A stretch of 64,000 nt of DNA from NCBI RefSeq assembly GCF_963921235.1, contig NC_086097.1, forward strand, positions 233,556,001 to 233,620,000, written 5' to 3'. Positions 1 to 10,487 of the stretch are shown here, piece after piece. The notes under the pieces were generated by a model, which did not search any database, was not told the origin of the DNA, and saw only the letters and a list, made by a program, of their open reading frames with translations. Numbering within the stretch: position 1 is the first letter of the stretch; each line of letters begins with the position of its first letter. The DNA comes from Mobula hypostoma. Lineage: Eukaryota. The position numbers and the translations under genes are program-made.

Positions 1-685
1 GTGAATTGGTTGGTTTTAACTTTTCTGTGCCCTATTTGGGCAGAAAAGTTTACTTTCGATTTCTTAATATGGCTGCTAAACTTTCTTTTTAACTGCGTCA
101 TTTCTTTCTTTTCCCAGGGGATTCTGAGTGGTTACTTCCCTTTTGTCATCTTACGTATTTCCTGTGCGGCCTTAAATTTTGTAGTTTTTTTTAAATTTTA
201 TTCTGTTTTGCTTTTTATAATCATTTTATGTTAATAATCCTATTTTTTTTTTGTTGCTGTGTCTATTCATGAGTTTGAGGTTTATTGTGGTTTTTTTTTA
301 ATATATACTTTCCGGCTTTTGTTCTGTTCTGTGTGTATTTTAATTGAGCTAACTTTTTTTTACTTTTTTTTTACTGTTTTACAATTAGCTGACCCTTTTC
401 ATATTTATACCTTTTTTTTAGGGAGCGTATACCGGAAGTCATGGGGGTAGTTTTAGCGCTTGCTTCTTTCTGGCGGGTCTGCTTTAGATTTCGCCTTGGG
501 GTCTTGGGGTGGGGGGTGGTGGGAGGGGCTTCACGTTTTAGTTTGTTTCTCTTTGGGCTATATACATTATTGAAGTATTGGTTGCGTCCTTTTCCCCGGT
601 ATCTTTTGTATGTTCTGTTTCCTCTCCGGGTTTGTGGGTCGCGCCTATTGTCAATCCTCCTTGTTATGGGTTGACTTTAGGATTT

Positions 686-3600
686 ATGGAGTCTATTATT
701 AATTTTGTCTCCTGGAATACTAATGGTCTTAATCATCCTATTAAAAGGAAAAAAGTTTTTAAAGTGTTCCGGAGACTTAAAGCACAAATTTTATTTTTAC
801 AAGAGACCCATGTACGGAGGGGGGACAGACTACGTTTTTTCAAATTCTGGAAGGGACAACAATTTCATTCGAACTCCAATGCTAAGATTCGAGGCGTCTC
901 TATTTTTATAGACTCCTCAGTTACTTTTATACAACAGGATATTATCTCTGATCCGAATGGTAGATTTTTACTGGTTAGTGGTTTACTATTTAATAAAAAA
1001 GTAGTTTTGGTTAATGTTTATGCTCCTAATATGGATTGTCCGGAATTTTATAAATCATTGTTTGATCAGTTTCCGAATTTGAACGAGTTTTCATTGATTT
1101 GGGGCGGAGATCTTAATACCTGTTTATCTCCAGCTTTGGACCGTTCGGCTCCTTTACGGACTTTACCTAATAAATCTGCAAATTTGATTAATTTTTTCCT
1201 TTCTGATTCTGGGTCGACGGACATTTGGCGTTTTCTGCATCCTCAGGAAAAAGATTTTTCCTTCTTTTCACATGTTCATCATTCCTATTCAAGAATTGAT
1301 TATTTTTTCATTGATTCTCGTCTCATTCCTTCAGTGATTAAATGTGATTATGATTCTATAACCATTTCGGATCATGCTCCACTTAAGCTTTCTATTAAAA
1401 TTATGGCCAATATACCAAACAATAGACAATGGCGTTTTAATTCGCTGTTGCTTCAGGACTCGGACTTTGTTAATTTTATGAATGAACAGATTGAGCTTTT
1501 TTTTACAATTAACCATACAGAAGATATTTCGGTTAACACTCTTTGGGACACTTTTAAAGCCTATATTCGGGGTCAGATTATTTCGTATTCCGTTGCTTTG
1601 AGGAAGAAACAGAAGCAGGAGGAGATGGCAATTGTGGACAAGATTAAAGAAATTGATAAGAAATATGTTATGGCTCCTTCTGAGGAGCTATACAAACAAA
1701 GAACTGAACTTCAAATGGAACACAGTTTACTACTCTCGTCCTCGATTGTAAACCAATTAAAGAAAACAAGAAGTGATTTTTATGTTCACAGTGATAAAAT
1801 TGGCAAGCTGCTGGCTAATCAATTGAAATCTAATTATGTTAAATCTCAAATCAATCAGATTTATAACCAAAATGATCGATTGATATTGGATCATGTGGGG
1901 ATTAATCAAACCTTTTGTGATTTTTATTCTTCTTTATATCAATCAGAGTCTCCTCGAGATTCTAAATATATGAATGATTTTTTAGATAAGTTAGACTTCC
2001 CTCAGATTTCACAGGATATGTCTTCTTTATTAGATACTTCCATTACAATGGATGAGATTAAGAATGTTATTTTTTCTATGAATCTGGGGAAAGCTCCTGG
2101 CCCTGATGGGTTTACCGTTGAATTTTATAAATGTTTTGCTTCTTTATTGATTCCTTGGCTCTATAAGGTTTTTGAGGCTTCTTTGAAACTTGGTAAACTT
2201 CCGGAATCTTTTAATAGAGCATCAATTTCTTTAATACTAAAGAAGGATAAAGACCCTGCTCAATGTGCATCTTATAGACCAATATCTTTATTAAATGTTG
2301 ATTCTAAAGTTTTTTCCAAGTTATTAGCAAATAGACTAGAAAAAGTACTTCCTTCTATTATTTCGGAAGACCAAACGGGTTTTATTAAAGGTCGTTACTC
2401 TTTTTATAATATTCGTACATTGTTAAATATCGTTTATACTCCCTCACAAAATGTTCCTGAGTGTGTTATTTCTTTAGATGCCGAGAAAGCTTTTGATAGA
2501 GTAGAATGGCCTTATTTATTTAAGGTGCTTGAAATGTTTAATTTTAGCTTGAAATTTATATCCTGGATTAAACTGTTATATCACTCCCCTGTAGCCTCGG
2601 TTCGTACTAACTCCTTAAACTCACCTTTTTTTCCTCTCTTTCGTGGTACTCGACAAGGCTGTCCTCTTAGTCCCCTATTATTTGATATTGCATTAGAACC
2701 TCTTGCAATTGCTATTCGAGAATCTTCAAATATTACTGGGATAACTCGGGGATTAAAGTCCCATAAATTATCACTCTATGCTGATGATTTACTTTTATAT
2801 ATTTCTAATCCTGAGAGATCCATTCCTGCTGTTTTAGAGTTATTAGCACAATTTGGTCTTTTCTCAGGTTATAAATTAAATCTTAGTAAGAGTGAACTTT
2901 TTCCGATTAATAAACATCTTCCCTTATATTATAAATTTCCATTTAAATTGATTAATAATTACTTTTCATATCTTGGGATTAAAATTACTTGTAAACATAA
3001 AGATTTATTTAAGACTAACTTTTTACCATTAATAGACCATATTACTCAACTTTCATCTAAATGGTTTCCCTTATATTTAACTTTGATTGGTCGTATTAAT
3101 GCAGTTAAGATGTTTTTTTTGCCAAAATTTTTATATGTGTTTCAGGCATTACCAATTTTCGTTCCTAAATCTTTTTTTGATAAAGTTGACTCTAAAATTT
3201 CTTCATTTATTTGGCAGAATAAGAATCCGAGACTGGGTAAAATACATTTACAGAAAGCTAAGAGAGATGGAGGTTTAGCATTACCTAACTTTAGATTTTA
3301 TTATTGGGCTATTAATATTCGACATATGAAATTTTGGTTACTTGACCGGGACATACTATCTATTCCTAAATGGGTAGCATTGGAATTACAATCTGTTCAG
3401 GGTTATACACTTGGTTCTATTTTAGGTTCCTCTCTTCCTTTTGATTCGAAACGCCTTAAGCAGGTCTCTAACCCGATAGTTAAATATGCTTTGCGCATTT
3501 GGTTTCAATTCAGAAAATTTTTTGATCTTAATCAATTCGGGTTAGCGATTCCTATTTTAGGTAACATATTTTTTCCTCCCTCTTTTACGGATCGCGCTTT

Positions 3601-4462
3601 TCAAACTTGGAAGACTAAGGGTATTTTACGGTTTTTGGATTTATTTTTAGATGGTTCCCTTATGTCTTTTGAACAATTATCTAATAAATATAACTTATCA
3701 AGAATACATTTTTTTAGATATTTACAAGTTAGAAATTTCCTAAGTACTATACTTTCTTCCTTTCCAATGCTTCCTCCTATATATATTTTAGATTCGATAA
3801 TTAACCTTAATCCATGTCAGAAAGGTGCATCGGCTATGATTTATAATATTATTATGAAACTTAGGAAAGCTCCATTTGATAAGATTAGGGTAGATTGGGA
3901 ACAGGAATTGGGGCTTACCATTTCTGTGGATGATTGGGGGCAGATTTTACAATTAGTTAATACTTCCTCTATTTGTGCTAAACATTCCCTAATTCAATTT
4001 AAAGTGGTTCATAGAGCACATATGTCCAAAGATAAGTTAGCGCGTTTTTACTCGCATATTAATCCTTTCTGTGATAGATGTTCGGGGCAGATAGCCTCTT
4101 TAACTCATATGTTTTGGTCTTGCCCTACTTTGGAAACTTTTTGGAGAGATATTTTCAATATTATTTCTAAGGTATTAAATATAGATATCTCTCCTCACCC
4201 TATTACTGCTATCTTTGGACTACCTAAAATTTCTAGTAATCTTTCCCCTTCAGCCCGTAGAATGATTGCATTTCTTACTTTAATGGCGAAAAGATGTATT
4301 TTACAACATTGGAAAGAGCTTAATGCTCCAACTACCTTTTTTTGGTTTTCTCAGACGATTTTATGTTTGAATCTGGAGAAAATTAGAAGTAACCTTTATG
4401 ATTCTTCATTTAAATTTGAACAGATTTGGGGACCTTTTATTCGATATTTTCATTTAATGTAA
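686..4462 (+). CDS. L1 ORF2p (APE endonuclease, reverse transcriptase, C-terminal CCHC), 1258 aa from ATG 686
   Basis: EN motifs SWNTNGLN, LQETH, GGDLN, SRIDY, SDHAP; RT motifs KAPGPDG, YRPISLLN, LDAEKAFDRV, QGCPLSP, YADD; CDRC-x8-HMFWSC; no stops or frameshifts. Confidence 0.97.
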   Translation: MESIINFVSWNTNGLNHPIKRKKVFKVFRRLKAQILFLQETHVRRGDRLRFFKFWKGQQFHSNSNAKIRGVSIFIDSSVTFIQQDIISDPNGRFLLVSGLLFNKKVVLVNVYAPNMDCPEFYKSLFDQFPNLNEFSLIWGGDLNTCLSPALDRSAPLRTLPNKSANLINFFLSDSGSTDIWRFLHPQEKDFSFFSHVHHSYSRIDYFFIDSRLIPSVIKCDYDSITISDHAPLKLSIKIMANIPNNRQWRFNSLLLQDSDFVNFMNEQIELFFTINHTEDISVNTLWDTFKAYIRGQIISYSVALRKKQKQEEMAIVDKIKEIDKKYVMAPSEELYKQRTELQMEHSLLLSSSIVNQLKKTRSDFYVHSDKIGKLLANQLKSNYVKSQINQIYNQNDRLILDHVGINQTFCDFYSSLYQSESPRDSKYMNDFLDKLDFPQISQDMSSLLDTSITMDEIKNVIFSMNLGKAPGPDGFTVEFYKCFASLLIPWLYKVFEASLKLGKLPESFNRASISLILKKDKDPAQCASYRPISLLNVDSKVFSKLLANRLEKVLPSIISEDQTGFIKGRYSFYNIRTLLNIVYTPSQNVPECVISLDAEKAFDRVEWPYLFKVLEMFNFSLKFISWIKLLYHSPVASVRTNSLNSPFFPLFRGTRQGCPLSPLLFDIALEPLAIAIRESSNITGITRGLKSHKLSLYADDLLLYISNPERSIPAVLELLAQFGLFSGYKLNLSKSELFPINKHLPLYYKFPFKLINNYFSYLGIKITCKHKDLFKTNFLPLIDHITQLSSKWFPLYLTLIGRINAVKMFFLPKFLYVFQALPIFVPKSFFDKVDSKISSFIWQNKNPRLGKIHLQKAKRDGGLALPNFRFYYWAINIRHMKFWLLDRDILSIPKWVALELQSVQGYTLGSILGSSLPFDSKRLKQVSNPIVKYALRIWFQFRKFFDLNQFGLAIPILGNIFFPPSFTDRAFQTWKTKGILRFLDLFLDGSLMSFEQLSNKYNLSRIHFFRYLQVRNFLSTILSSFPMLPPIYILDSIINLNPCQKGASAMIYNIIMKLRKAPFDKIRVDWEQELGLTISVDDWGQILQLVNTSSICAKHSLIQFKVVHRAHMSKDKLARFYSHINPFCDRCSGQIASLTHMFWSCPTLETFWRDIFNIISKVLNIDISPHPITAIFGLPKISSNLSPSARRMIAFLTLMAKRCILQHWKELNAPTTFFWFSQTILCLNLEKIRSNLYDSSFKFEQIWGPFIRYFHLM

Positions 4463-4804
4463 TATTTACCCTTCTTGTTTTTTTTTCACTGTTTTAATGG
4501 AGGTCGGGATTGAGGACGTGATTTTAAGTTTAACTCTGTTTGGTTTCAAGTTAGCCCATTGCTTTGCTTTGCTTTTAGGTAGTTGCACGGTGGGTTTTTT
4601 TTTGGGGGGTTTTTTTTTTCTTTTTTCTTTTTTTTTCCATTGATATATATAAAATCTAGTATACTATTATGTTATCTTGGTTTCTTATGCTTAAATTACA
4701 TTGTTTGTAGTATTTTCTTTTTGGTATTGTTATCTTTTGGAATTTTATTGTACTTTAACATTGTATTAATGTTTATATGGCTTACCTTTTTTGTATACTT
4801 ACTC

Positions 4805-4810
4805 AATAAA
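4805..4810 (+). promoter_or_regulatory. L1 polyadenylation signal
   Basis: AATAAA directly before the A-rich tail. Confidence 0.8.
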
Positions 4811-5364
4811 AAGATTTAAAAAGAAAAAGAACATCTGCACAGCGGTTTGGGCTTCACTTTCATCAGAGGCATCACTAGCATCATTGTCGTTCCTGACGGA
4901 CTTCCACGAAGAAGAAGATACTTACATTGAGAAATTATTGTTGGGACTTTGTCTATGGAGTAAAATTCTTAAAAACATTTGGTAACAACGTTTCTGTTAA
5001 CTCTAATCATCTCCATAATTATAATAGCATGAAGCAGAAATAAATATATTGGAAGAGAATTAGCCCAAGTGGCAACAGATAGCAAAGTAAAAAAAAAAAC
5101 TGCACAAGACTCAGTTACATATTTGTCAGTATTGTAAAGAATAGCATGGAAGAAGAGTTCTGGTGCTTTTGTTCATTTTTGGAATGTTGGTGTGATTGGA
5201 ATATCAGTATTTATTGTTTGTATTTCATTGCCATTGAAGAAATGTTAGATTGTTGCCTCCTTGAATTGCTGCTGTCCATTTGGTGAAGGCAGTCCCTTGC
5301 TGCTATTGGGGAGGAAGATATAGGTAGATCCAGTATTGAAATATATCCAACACAGAAATATTTT

Positions 5365-5570
5365 CAAGTCAGGCTGGTGTTCGACTTCACAGGTAGTGAG
5401 ATTCCCAAGAACCAGCTGTCCTGGTTTCTTGGTGTTGTGGGTTAAGATGACGCTCTTGGAGAAGACTAGAAAATAACTTCAGTGCAGGGAAGCAGAGTTC
5501 TAGAGAGTGACAATGAAAGAATCATAGCAACTTTGAGCTCTCTGCATTGTGTCAATAAACACCTGCCATA
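5365..5570 (+). repeat. Left copy of ~206-bp direct duplication flanking the HERO insertion
   Basis: Aligns by eye to 7034-7240 with about 11 substitutions and one 1-bp indel. Confidence 0.95.
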
Positions 5571-5972
5571 ATACTTTCTTCAGCCAATGATTGGTGTGTC
5601 AAGGCTGACCTGGACGGGAAAGGCAGTTTCCCAGAGCAAATAGCTTTCACCACATTGCGTCCAAATATAATCGTATGGTCTGACACCAGTAGGGAAGTGG
5701 TTATTGGTGAACTCACAGTCCCCTGGGAAGACAACATCGATGAAGCCCATGAGCGCAAGTTAAGATCAGAGTGCAGAGACATAGGCTGGAAGGTCTCATG
5801 CTATCCATTCGAAGTAGGCTGCCGTGGGTTTATCGCGTTCACTTTCCAGAAGTGGCTGTGTGACCTTGGCTTCACTAGAAGAGAGATCAAGTCAACTAGC
5901 AGGGCTGTCGCTAAGGCAGCAGAGAAAGGATCAGCATGGGTGTGGACCAAATATGTCCAGAGGGGCAGATAG
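5571..5972 (+). pseudogene. C-terminal RLE domain of the HERO ORF
   Basis: ILSSANDWCVKADLDG..FPEQIAFTTLRPNIIVWS..ELTVPWEDNIDEAHERK..GWKVSCYPFEVGCRGF..AAEKGSAWVW; RPD is changed to RPN and the K-x-x-KY motif appears deleted. Confidence 0.88.
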
Positions 5973-6130
5973 TTAGACAGTGTATACATATCTTGCAAAC
6001 CCTTCAATAGTTGCATAGACACCTGAAGAGCAGACTATCTGTTGGATGGAAGTGACTGATAGAGGCAGATGCCAAGTTTTTAAGCTCACCAGTGGGAGGT
6101 GGTGCTTTAGCACTGCTGGCCCACCATCTC

Positions 6131-6909
6131 CATAAGACCAAAAGACCATAAGACAAAGTAGCAGAAGTAGGCCATTCAGCCCATCGAGTCTGCTCCGCCA
6201 TTTTATCATGAGCTGATCCATTCTCCTATTTAGTCCCACTCCCCCGCCTTCTCACCATAACCTTTGATGCCCTGGCGAATCAGATACCTATCAATCTCTG
6301 CCTTAAATACACCCAATGACTTGGCCTCCACTGCTGCCCGTGGCAACAAATTCCATAGATTCACCACCCTCTGACTAAAAAAATTTCTTCGCATTTCTGT
6401 TCTGAATGGGCGCCCTTCAATCCTTAAGTCATGCCCTCTCGTACTAGACCCCCCCATCATGGGAAACAACTTTGCCACATCCACTCTGTCCATGCCTTTC
6501 AACATTCGAAATGTTTCTATGAGGTCTCCCCTCATTCTTCTAAACTCCAAGGAATACAGTCCAAGAGCGGACAAACGTTCCTCATATGTTAATCCTCTCA
6601 TTCCCGGAATCATTCTAGTGAATCTTCTCTGTACCCTCTCCAACGTCAGCACATCCTTTCTTAAATAAGGAGACCAAAACTGCCCACAGTACTCCAAGTG
6701 AGGTCTCACCAGCGCCTTATAGAGCCTCAACATCACATCCCTGCTCCTATACTCTATTCCTCTAGAAATGAATGCCAACATTGCATTCGCCTTCTTCACT
6801 ACTGACTCAACCTGGAGGTTAACTTTAAGGGTATCCTGTACAAGGACTCCCAAGTCCCCTTGCATCTCAGAACTTTGAATTCTTTTCCCATTTAAATAAT
6901 AGTCTGCCG
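6131..6909 (-). mobile_element. CR1 LINE 3' fragment, young family with (TCTTATGG)n tail (family B here)
   Basis: Open ORF2 C-terminus LYKALVRPHLEYC..RRMRGDLIE..NFFSQRVVNLWN; near-identical to copies at 40882 and 51756. Confidence 0.95.
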
Positions 6910-6917
6910 GACTCGAG

Positions 6918-6983
6918 GGAGTCTTGATCATAAGTGGGCCGAAACTCCTGAAGACAGGTGGCAGAGCAACTGATGATCCCACT
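6918..6983 (+). ncRNA. Candidate hammerhead-ribozyme-like RNA with pseudoknotted strand order in the HERO 3' UTR
   Basis: GGAG-UC 6918-6923 pairs with GAAA-CUCC 6941-6948; UUGAUC 6924-6929 with GAGCAA 6964-6969; CUGAUGA 6970-6976; CCCACU 6978-6983 with AGUGGG 6933-6938. Confidence 0.55.
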
Positions 6984-7033
6984 GGTGATAGCACAGGTCA
7001 GTTAGCATCTTAGTCCACGTGTATTTTTAACTC

Positions 7034-7240
7034 CAAGTCAAGCTGGTGTTCAACTTCATGGGTAGTGAGATTCCCAAGAACCAGCTGTCCTGATTTCTTG
7101 GTGTTGTGGGTTAAGATGATGCTCTTGGAGAACACTAGAAAGGTAACTTCAGTGCAGGGAAGCAGAGTTCTAGAGAGTGACAATGAGAGAATCATAGCAA
7201 CTTTGAGCTCTCCGCATTGTGTCAATAAAGACCTGCCATA
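7034..7240 (+). repeat. Right copy of ~206-bp direct duplication flanking the HERO insertion
   Basis: Matches 5365-5570. Confidence 0.95.
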
Positions 7241-7937
7241 CCTTCAGCAGTGGGAAAGATCAGTCAAGGACGTCCCTTAGTGCCAATTCTCCGATCTCAG
7301 CTGTCCTCATCAGGACTTCAAACTTTCCTCTGAATTTCCCTACTGTGCTGAAGCAAACAAGCATGAATTCAAAAAAGGGGAAAATAAACATTTCTGGCAT
7401 AGCCTGAAAATGCTTTTCCCACTTGTGTGTCGCAGTGTTGAACATTCACTTCACATGGCTGAGAGCAACACATGCACAAAATCGATGAGAGCTGGTGCCT
7501 AGATCTGAAAAGCATCAACAAGACAGCATCATTGTGTTAAAGGTAATAGAAGAAGACATGATAAAGGCTTTTATAAGAAAACTAGAAGGCACAGATAAAC
7601 TAAGGTAAAATCACTCAAGAATGAAGGAGAATTTTATCATCAGAAATAAAGGCACTGCTTCAACTAATAGTGGGTGCAAAAAATAGCAGCTCGACAAGAG
7701 GATAATTGTGAAGAAATGATACAGAATTGAGACTCAAAAATTCATCAGAATTCAATAGAAATAAGACATTATTTTTCTCGTCCTAAAAATATATAATGTA
7801 GGGAACTAAAAGGTATCAGTAAATATAAGTTCGAGGCTGACCGCAGCCATTTTCAGTCCTCCTATACAGTGGATTCTGTTTAACTGGGACACATTTGGAT
7901 CAGAATATTTTGGTCCAATTAAGTGGCTGTCTCAATT

Positions 7938-8335
7938 AATAGACAATAGGTGCAGGAGTAGGCCATTCGGCCCTTCGAGCCAGCACCACCATTCACTGTG
8001 ATCATGGCTGATCATCCACAATCAGTATCCAGTTCCTGCCTTATCCCCATAACCTTTGATTCCGCTATCTTTAAGAGCTCTATCCATCTCTTTCTTGAAG
8101 GCATCCAGAGACTTGGCCTCCACGGCCTTCTGGGGCAGAGCATTCCATATATCCACCACTCTCTGGGTGAAAAAGTTTTTCCTCAACTCCGTTCTAAATG
8201 GCCTACCTCTGATTCTTAAACTGTGGCCTCTGATTCTGGACTCACCCATCAGCGGGAACATGCTTCCTGCCTCCAGTATGTCCAATCCCTTAATAATCTT
8301 ATATGTTTCAATAAGATCCCCTCTCAGCCTTCTAA
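7938..8335 (-). mobile_element. CR1 LINE 3' fragment
   Basis: RRLRGDLIETYKI..FFTQRVVDIWNALP plus 3' UTR GGCTCGAAGGGCCGAATGGCCTACTCC. Confidence 0.92.
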
Positions 8336-8553
8336 CATGGAAACCGGCATAAGCGCTGGCCTGATGGGCCACAAGGCTCATGACAGACTTTAATCTTTTT
8401 TTAATCAATTAGCATAGTTTCATGGAAAGAGCTAAAAAGCTATAAAAAAGACAAACTGAGTAACAAATTATGTACTTAAATGAAATGCAGAACAATTTAG
8501 AACATTGCCTATAGTACTTCAGTAGTATGAAACTGTAGTACTAGTTCCTAATA

Positions 8554-9537
8554 CAGTACTGTGCAGGTCTTAGGCACATCTCTATAGCTAGGGCCTTAAG
8601 ACTTTTGCACAGTACTGTAGTAATTTTATGTATTCCACTGTACTGCTGCATTAAAAAAAAACTAATTTCATGATATATGTTAATAATGATAAACCTAATT
8701 CTGATATGGGTCTCTATTGTGAGCTGAGAGTGGGAAGGGGACAGGGAGAGGGGAATCATGACTGGGAAATGAAGAAGGGAGGGGCAGGCAGCAGGAAGAA
8801 CCAGAGAGACTTTCTGTTATGATCAATAAAAGAATTGTTTGGAATCGAATTACCTTGCCTGGAGTCTCAGAGCTAGGTGTGTCTGTAGCTGTTCCCCCCA
8901 CCCCACCGCACCCCTGGAACTCCTTCTCTGTCACCTATTTCATGGCTCTCCCACAACATTCCATCCTCGCCATCCCCAACATTGTTTACTCCCACCAAAT
9001 TTACAAACTCGCTCTCCACTCTACTTTGACAAATACAGTACTGCAAAAGTCTTTGGTGCTCTAGCTATATACAATGCCTATAAAAAGTATTCACCCCCTT
9101 GAAAGTTTTCCTGTTTTATTGTTTTACTGATTCACAGTGGCTATTTTGACACTGATCATCAGAAAAAGACTGCTACATGTCAAAGTGAAAACGGATCTCT
9201 ACAAAGTGATCTAAATTAATTACAAATCTAAAGAACAAAATAATTGACTGCATAAGTATTCACTCCCTTTAATATGACACATTAAGTCATCACTGGTTCA
9301 GCCAATTGGTTTTAGAAGTCATAAAATTAGTTAAACAGAGTTCACATGTGTGCAGTCAAGGTGTTCCAATTGATTTTCGAAAAATATACCTGTATCTGGA
9401 AGGTGTCAAAAAAAGCCAAATTAAATCCACTGTGATTCAATGTTGTAAAACAATAAAACATGAAAACTTCTAAGGGGAGGGGGGTGAATACTTTTTACAG
9501 GTACTGCATCTGTGCCTTGGACTTTATCGCAGTACTG
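8554..9537. mobile_element. Tc1/mariner-type non-autonomous composite element bounded by two inverted ~65-bp hairpin units
   Basis: CAGTACTGTGCA(AAA)GTCTTAGGCAC-type termini, TA at the left end; a second partial copy at 63444-63775 keeps the same hairpin-plus-internal linkage. Confidence 0.65.
9072..9506. mobile_element. Tc1-like MITE nested in the TA-rich centre of the right hairpin of the element above
   Basis: TIRs CAATGCCTATAAAAAGTATTCACCCCC / GGGGGTGAATACTTTTTACAGGTACTG; internal TAAGTATTCACTCCC repeat near 9254. Confidence 0.8.
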
Positions 9538-10487
9538 CATGCATTCATCACTTTGGTCTTGAAGTCTTTCTGCACTATTGACGTAAATGCCAGATGAGTG
9601 CATTTCTTCATGGTTTGCATCAGCTTCACTGCAGTTTAGGCTTCCTTACTATGGTTTATTGCTGTGAAAATTTTCCCTCCATGAAGAAATCATATTACTA
9701 GAATTGATTTGATAGACAACTTTGTCCCTTACACTTGGATCCCAAGATTATTCATCTTACTTTCTGCACAGAGCGTTGAGCGCGTGGAATGCCCTACTGG
9801 GGTGGTGCTGGTGGCAAAAACATTAGGAGCTTTTAAGAAGCTCTTAGATAGACACATGGATGACAGAAAATTGGAGGGCTATGTAGAAGGGAGCAGTTAG
9901 ATTAATCTTCAAGTAGCTTAAAAGATAGGCACAATATTATGGGCCAAAGGGTTTGTGCTGTACTGTAATGTTCTATAGTCTGTGTACTTTGGCTGCTAAA
10001 GTATTTTCCCATTTTAAATCGAGCAACATTTGGTGAATGGCTTCTGCAAAATCTTTAAGCAGTAGTACGTGCCAGTTTCTCAAACTTATTTTTGAATTCT
10101 GCTTTGGGAGTCTATTCTTTGCTCCAGGCCTATAGATATAAACTGCAATTGCAGTTGTATCTTGAGTTGAATAAAACTCCTCTTTGCCATCACCATTTTA
10201 CATCTGACATCAAATATCAGAATCTGTATTGTTAATAACTTTGATTGAATTCAGTCACTGATTAAAGCGTGATCGGATTCTCACACAGCAGAGTATATCA
10301 AGGCATTAAAGATACGGAACTGAGGCAGACCCTCCATTTTTGTGACAACTTGCTGATTGACAATCTTCCTTCACTCCTGATTCCCAGGTCTCCACAATTT
10401 CTGATATTTCAGGAGTAAAATTATCCTGTGAATTTCATATTATTTTACAAAATAAACTATCTATTGTTACCCCTGGCCTTAAAGGAC

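Larger units (their letters stand above)
1..4831 (+). mobile_element. L1-clade LINE; 5' part outside the window (probable inter-ORF region, ORF2, 3' UTR, A-rich tail)
   Basis: Intact ORF2, T-rich 3' UTR, AATAAA at 4805-4810 followed by AAGATTTAAAAAGAAAAAGAA tail. Confidence 0.95.
5571..7033 (+). mobile_element. 5'-truncated HERO-clade (restriction-like endonuclease) non-LTR retrotransposon, interrupted by a CR1 at 6131-6909
   Basis: RLE C-terminal coding region plus a 3' UTR on both sides of the CR1; bounded by the 206-bp duplication. Confidence 0.85.

Noticed and set aside
578..685. 36-aa N-terminal extension of L1 ORF2 in the ORF track
   Set aside because: It starts at a non-ATG codon; the EN domain begins right after ATG 686.
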